A stretch of 54,492 bases of DNA, the filler included, from Squatina squatina (lineage: Eukaryota): assembly GCA_031763465.1 (NCBI GenBank). It is 3 parts of 3 records of this genome, joined end to end, with 100 filler letters (N's around TTAATTAATTAA, not from the genome) between each part and the next. Parts side by side here need not be neighbours in the genome. Positions count along the whole stretch, not along the records: positions 39,223 to 54,492 come from JARFOE010000001.1; 2 more parts are not named here. The stretch is one strand, 5' to 3'. Of the stretch, positions 50,890-54,492 are shown in pieces. The translations under genes and the position numbers were made by a program. The notes beneath the pieces were generated by a model. It had not been told where the DNA came from. It made no database searches and worked only from the letters and a program-made list of their open reading frames with translations. The first letter of the stretch is position 1; each line of letters opens with the position of its first letter.

Positions 50890-51167
50890 TTGGGCAGAGG
50901 GAGGACTGGGGGAGAAGGGAAGGGAAGGGGGGAGAGGAGACAAGGGGGAAAGGAGGAGGAGATGGGAGGGGAGAAGGGGCAAAAGGAGGAGAAAATGGGC
51001 AGAGGGAGGACTGGAGAGTAGGGAAGGGGACGGGGAGATGGAGAGGGTGAGAGGAGACAAGGGGGAGAGGAGGAGGAGATGGGGTAAATGGAGGAGAGAA
51101 TGGACAGGGGTAAGGCGAGAGAAGAAAGCGATGGCAGACAGGGGGAGGGGAAGGCAAATGGGAAGAA
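50890..51167. repeat. GA-rich tract with a duplicated unit
   Basis: TGGGCAGAGGGAGGACTGG...GAGAGGAGACAAGGGGGA.AGGAGGAGGAGATGGG occurs twice. Confidence 0.85.
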
Positions 51168-51894
51168 NNNNNNNNNNNNNNNNNNNNNNNNNNNNNNNNN
51201 NNNNNNNNNNNNNNNNNNNNNNNNNNNNNNNNNNNNNNNNNNNNNNNNNNNNNNNNNNNNNNNNNNNCTTTGTGTTGTAAAAGCATCATCACTTCTCTTT
51301 GAAGTTTTTTAGATTTTTTATTTTCCCTTTTGATTTCCTTATATTGACATATTGCACCAAGCCAACGCTGATAGGTGCAAAATGTCCCTGGTATCTTCCG
51401 CCAGGGACCATCATTTCTCTTTCTGCAAGTTCAGGCCAGCATTTTAAAATATAGGGCAAGATTTGCCATTGATGCAAAAATGGCCAATTAAATCAGGGGA
51501 GCAGAAAGCAGTCGAGTATGAAGAGCTTAATCCTGGTTCCTGTGCAGACATTCTTATTCACGGGGCGAAGATGAAATGTGAAAATCGTCCAAAGTGGCAT
51601 CAGCATGGGGTTCAAGCTCCAGGTCCGTCTCAGGACACGCAAAACTGCTGATGTAATATGCAAAAAAAAAACAATCATGAATGCTTTCCATATTATGCAT
51701 CTCAAAGCAGCACCACAGTTGATGTTTAATGGCAATACCTGAAGGAAGGCCAGTTACAATCACACCAAAGCAGCTATATGCGCTAATTCGTCATACTGTA
51801 GCTGCAAGCTGTGTTCGTATCAGACCCGGGGATCTGCCTGAGGGAGTGGTATATAGAATTTCCAACTGAGGAGAAGGTGCCAGGGGTATAACAA

Positions 51895-52080
51895 AAGAAA
51901 GAACTTGCATTTATAGAGCGCCTTTCATGACCTCAGGACATCCCAAAGCACGTTACAGCCAATGAAGTACTTTTGGAGTGTAGTCACTGTTGTAATGTAG
52001 GAAATGCAGCAGCCAAACTGCACACAGCAAGGTCCCCCCTTGGGAGCGAAAGACCCAATAATCGGTTTTTGCTATGTTGG
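51895..52080 (-). mobile_element. Deu-domain SINE 3' half
   Basis: AAGAACTTGCATTTATAGAGCGCCTTTCATGACCTCAGGACATCCCAAAGC. Confidence 0.8.
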
Positions 52081-52355
52081 NNNNNNNNNNNNNNNNNNNN
52101 NNNNNNNNNNNNNNNNNNNNNNNNNNNNNNNNNNNNNNNNNNNNNNNNNNNNNNNNNNNNNNNNNNNNNNNNNNNNNNNNTATGCCAACAATGACTTTTT
52201 TTTAATGTTCAGTAGTACCAACTTAAGGTGAATAATTATCATATGAGGCTCTCCCTCCATTGCTGGTCACAGGAGAGCTAACCTCCGATGCTGGTCCTCT
52301 CTTTGAGTAAGTGCTAACAACAGAGAATCTAAATTTACGTTTTTTTCTTCTGCAG

Positions 52356-52465
52356 CTCCAGTCATTGTGACACAGCCTCAGGAGATCTGGAATGTCAGTG
52401 GATCCCAAGTTTACCTTACGTGTGAAGTTATTGGAGTACCTACTCCTGTACTCACCTGGAATAAG
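52356..52465 (+). CDS. IGFBP7/IGFBPL1-family protein, exon 2 (Ig domain start, 110 nt)
   Basis: ttttttcttctgcag|(A)PVIVTQPQEIWNVSGSQVYLTCEVIGVPTPVLTWNK|gttagc; phase matches exon 1. Confidence 0.92.
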
Positions 52466-52839
52466 GTTAGCAAATTTCAAACAGTAGTCATGCTGATTCA
52501 GTTTGCAGAGTTTAGAACTTTTAGAAACAGAAGTTCCTCAGATCTTTACAAATCATCTTATGCATTTTGGAAAAATAAAAATCGTGTTGCCTGAATGTAA
52601 TTACAGTTTTTGAGCATATATTTGAGAATCAATTAACCTGTTTACATTAATCATTTGATTAATTAGAATCTGTGCATATTAACATTTATGTTGAAATAAA
52701 ACAGAATTTCTAATAAGCCATTTGCTTACCAATCCCAATTGTTCTAGATCAGTGGCTTGTCAGTGATTCCATCAATCCACCATAGTCATGGTACTCGCAT
52801 CTCACCTGTTAGCTACGCCGTGCACCAGGCAATAAATCA

Positions 52840-53321
52840 GACAAGGAGGTCATTCAGCCCATCGTATCTGTGCTAGCTCTTTGCTAGAGTAATCCAAAAC
52901 TAATCCCACTGCCCAGCTCTCTCCCTGCAGTCCAGTAGCTTCCTTTGCTTCAAATATTGTCTAGTTTTCCCTTAAAAGATGCAATGTGTCTCTGCTTCAA
53001 CCACTCCCTGTGGCTAAATATTCTGTGCCCCAACAATTCTCTCAGTAAAGAAGTTTCTCTTAACCTCTCTCCTCACTGTCTTACTAACAATTTTAAGTTG
53101 ATGACAACTTTGTCACTGACTTCCCCAACTAGAAGAAATAGCCATTCCCTATTTACCTGATCAAAACCCTTCAGAATTAAAAAGTACTTCATTAAATGTT
53201 CTCCTAGCCTTCTCTGCTCCAGTGGAAACACAGGAATGGAGATGGCCATTCAGCCCCTTGAATCTGTTCCACCATTCATGGCTGATCTGTACCTCAACTC
53301 CATTTGCCCACCTTTGTTCCA
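52840..53321 (-). mobile_element. Two adjacent or nested CR1 3' fragments
   Basis: GGAGGTCATTCAGCCCATCG...AGCCTTCTCTGCTCCAG, then a second tail GATGGCCATTCAGCCCCTTGAATCTGTTCCACCATTC. Confidence 0.7.
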
Positions 53322-54492
53322 GGGGACTTGGTAGCGTAGTAGTTAAGTTACGGGACTAGTAATCCAGAGGCTTGGACTATTGATTCAGAGACATGAGTTC
53401 AAATCCCAGTATGGCAACTATGGAATTTAAATTCAGTTAATTAAAAAATGATCTGGAATTACAAAAACAAAACTAGTGTCAATAATGGTGACCATGAAAC
53501 TATTGGATTGTCATTAAAAACCCATCTGGTTCACTAATGTCCTTTAGGGAAGGGAATCTGGTCTGGCCTATATGTGACTCCAGACCCACAGCAATGTGGT
53601 TGACTCTTATCTGCCCTCTGAAATGGCCTAGCAAGTCACTCAGTTGTAAACAACTGCTACGAAAAGTCAAAATAAGAATAAAACTGGATGGATCACCCAG
53701 CATCGACCTTGGCACCGGCTACGGACTCAAATGGCACACCCAGCCCAGCCGACCCTGCAAAGTCCTCCTCACCAACATCTGGGGACTTGTGTCAAAATTG
53801 GGAGAGCTGTCCCACAAACTCGTAAAGCAACAGCCTGACTTAGTCATACTCAGAATCATACCTTTCAGCTAATGTCCCAGACTCATCCATCACCATCCCT
53901 GGCTAAGCCCTGTCCTACCATCAGGCTAGACCCAGCCGAGGTGGCGGCACAGTGGTATACAGTCGGGAAGGTGTATCCTTGGGAGTTCTCAACATTGACT
54001 CTGGTCCCCATGAAGTCTCGTGGCTTCAGGTCAAGCACAGGCAAGGAAACCTCTTGCTGATTACCACCAACCGCCCTCCCTCAACTGATGAATCAGTACT
54101 TCTGCATGTTGAACACTTCTTGGAAGAAGCACTAAGGGTGGGGTCTTCAATGTCTATCACCAAGAGTGGCTCGATAGAACTGCTACTAACCGAGCTGGCC
54201 GTGTCCTGACTGAGCCTGCGACAGGTGGTGAAAGAACCAACACGAGGGAAAAACCTGCTTGACCTCGTCCTCACCAATCTACCGGTAGCCGAAGCATCTG
54301 TCCATGACAGCATTGGTAGCAGTGTCCACTGCACAATCATTGTGGAGATATAATCGTGTCTTCACACTGAGGACACCCTCCATTGTGTTGTGTGGCACTA
54401 CCACCATACTAAATTGGATAGATTCAGAACAGATCTAGCAGCTCAAAACTGGGCATCCATGAGGCGCTGTGGGCCATCATCAGCAGCAGAAT
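53322..54492 (+). mobile_element. CR1-group LINE 5' end with tRNA-like head and APE endonuclease ORF
   Basis: A-box-like TAGCGTAGTAG (53332-53342) and B-box GTTCAAATC (53397-53405); then KVLLTNIWGLVSKLGEL, LLITTNRPPS and QVVKEPTRGKNLLDLVLTN, frameshifted. Confidence 0.8.

Noticed and set aside
50294-51292. 332-aa minus-strand ORF and the 377-aa plus-strand ORF extension
   Set aside because: Antisense shadow of a GC-rich exon plus GA-rich intron and N runs; the real exon ends at 50882.
50444-52465. Calling the gene KAZALD1 or a Kazald paralogue
   Set aside because: Exon 2 has the CEVIGVPTP signature of IGFBP7/IGFBPL1, not the recalled KAZALD CEVFAYPMA.

Overview
Fragmentary cartilaginous-fish (shark-like) genomic DNA, judged from its SINE, CR1 and L2 content and its vertebrate orthologues. 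The window is not one locus. Two artificial linkers (44N-TTAATTAATTAA-44N at 19797-19896 and 39123-39222) join three scaffolds, each built from short contigs with mostly fixed 100-N gaps, so distances are collapsed and many exons are missing. Block A (1-19796): last exon and 3'UTR of TBL1XR1 (+) converging on the last exon of NAALADL2 (-). Between them, in what I recall as a mammalian gene desert, lie two in-frame spliced exons of an apparent Trp/Tyr-permease-like membrane transporter (-), an orphan 88-nt exon and a decayed pseudo-exon. Block B (19897-39122): 3' exons of CWF19L2 (+), an intron-containing THEM6-like gene (-) and two large exons of GUCY1A2 (+). Block C (39223-54492): one THSD4 exon and exons 1-2 of an IGFBP7/IGFBPL1-family gene. 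The rest is CR1, L2, Penelope, Gypsy and Harbinger relics, hAT/Harbinger MITEs, Deu-domain SINEs and low-complexity DNA. Gene names come from my recall of protein sequences, not from database searches. Repeat boundaries are approximate.
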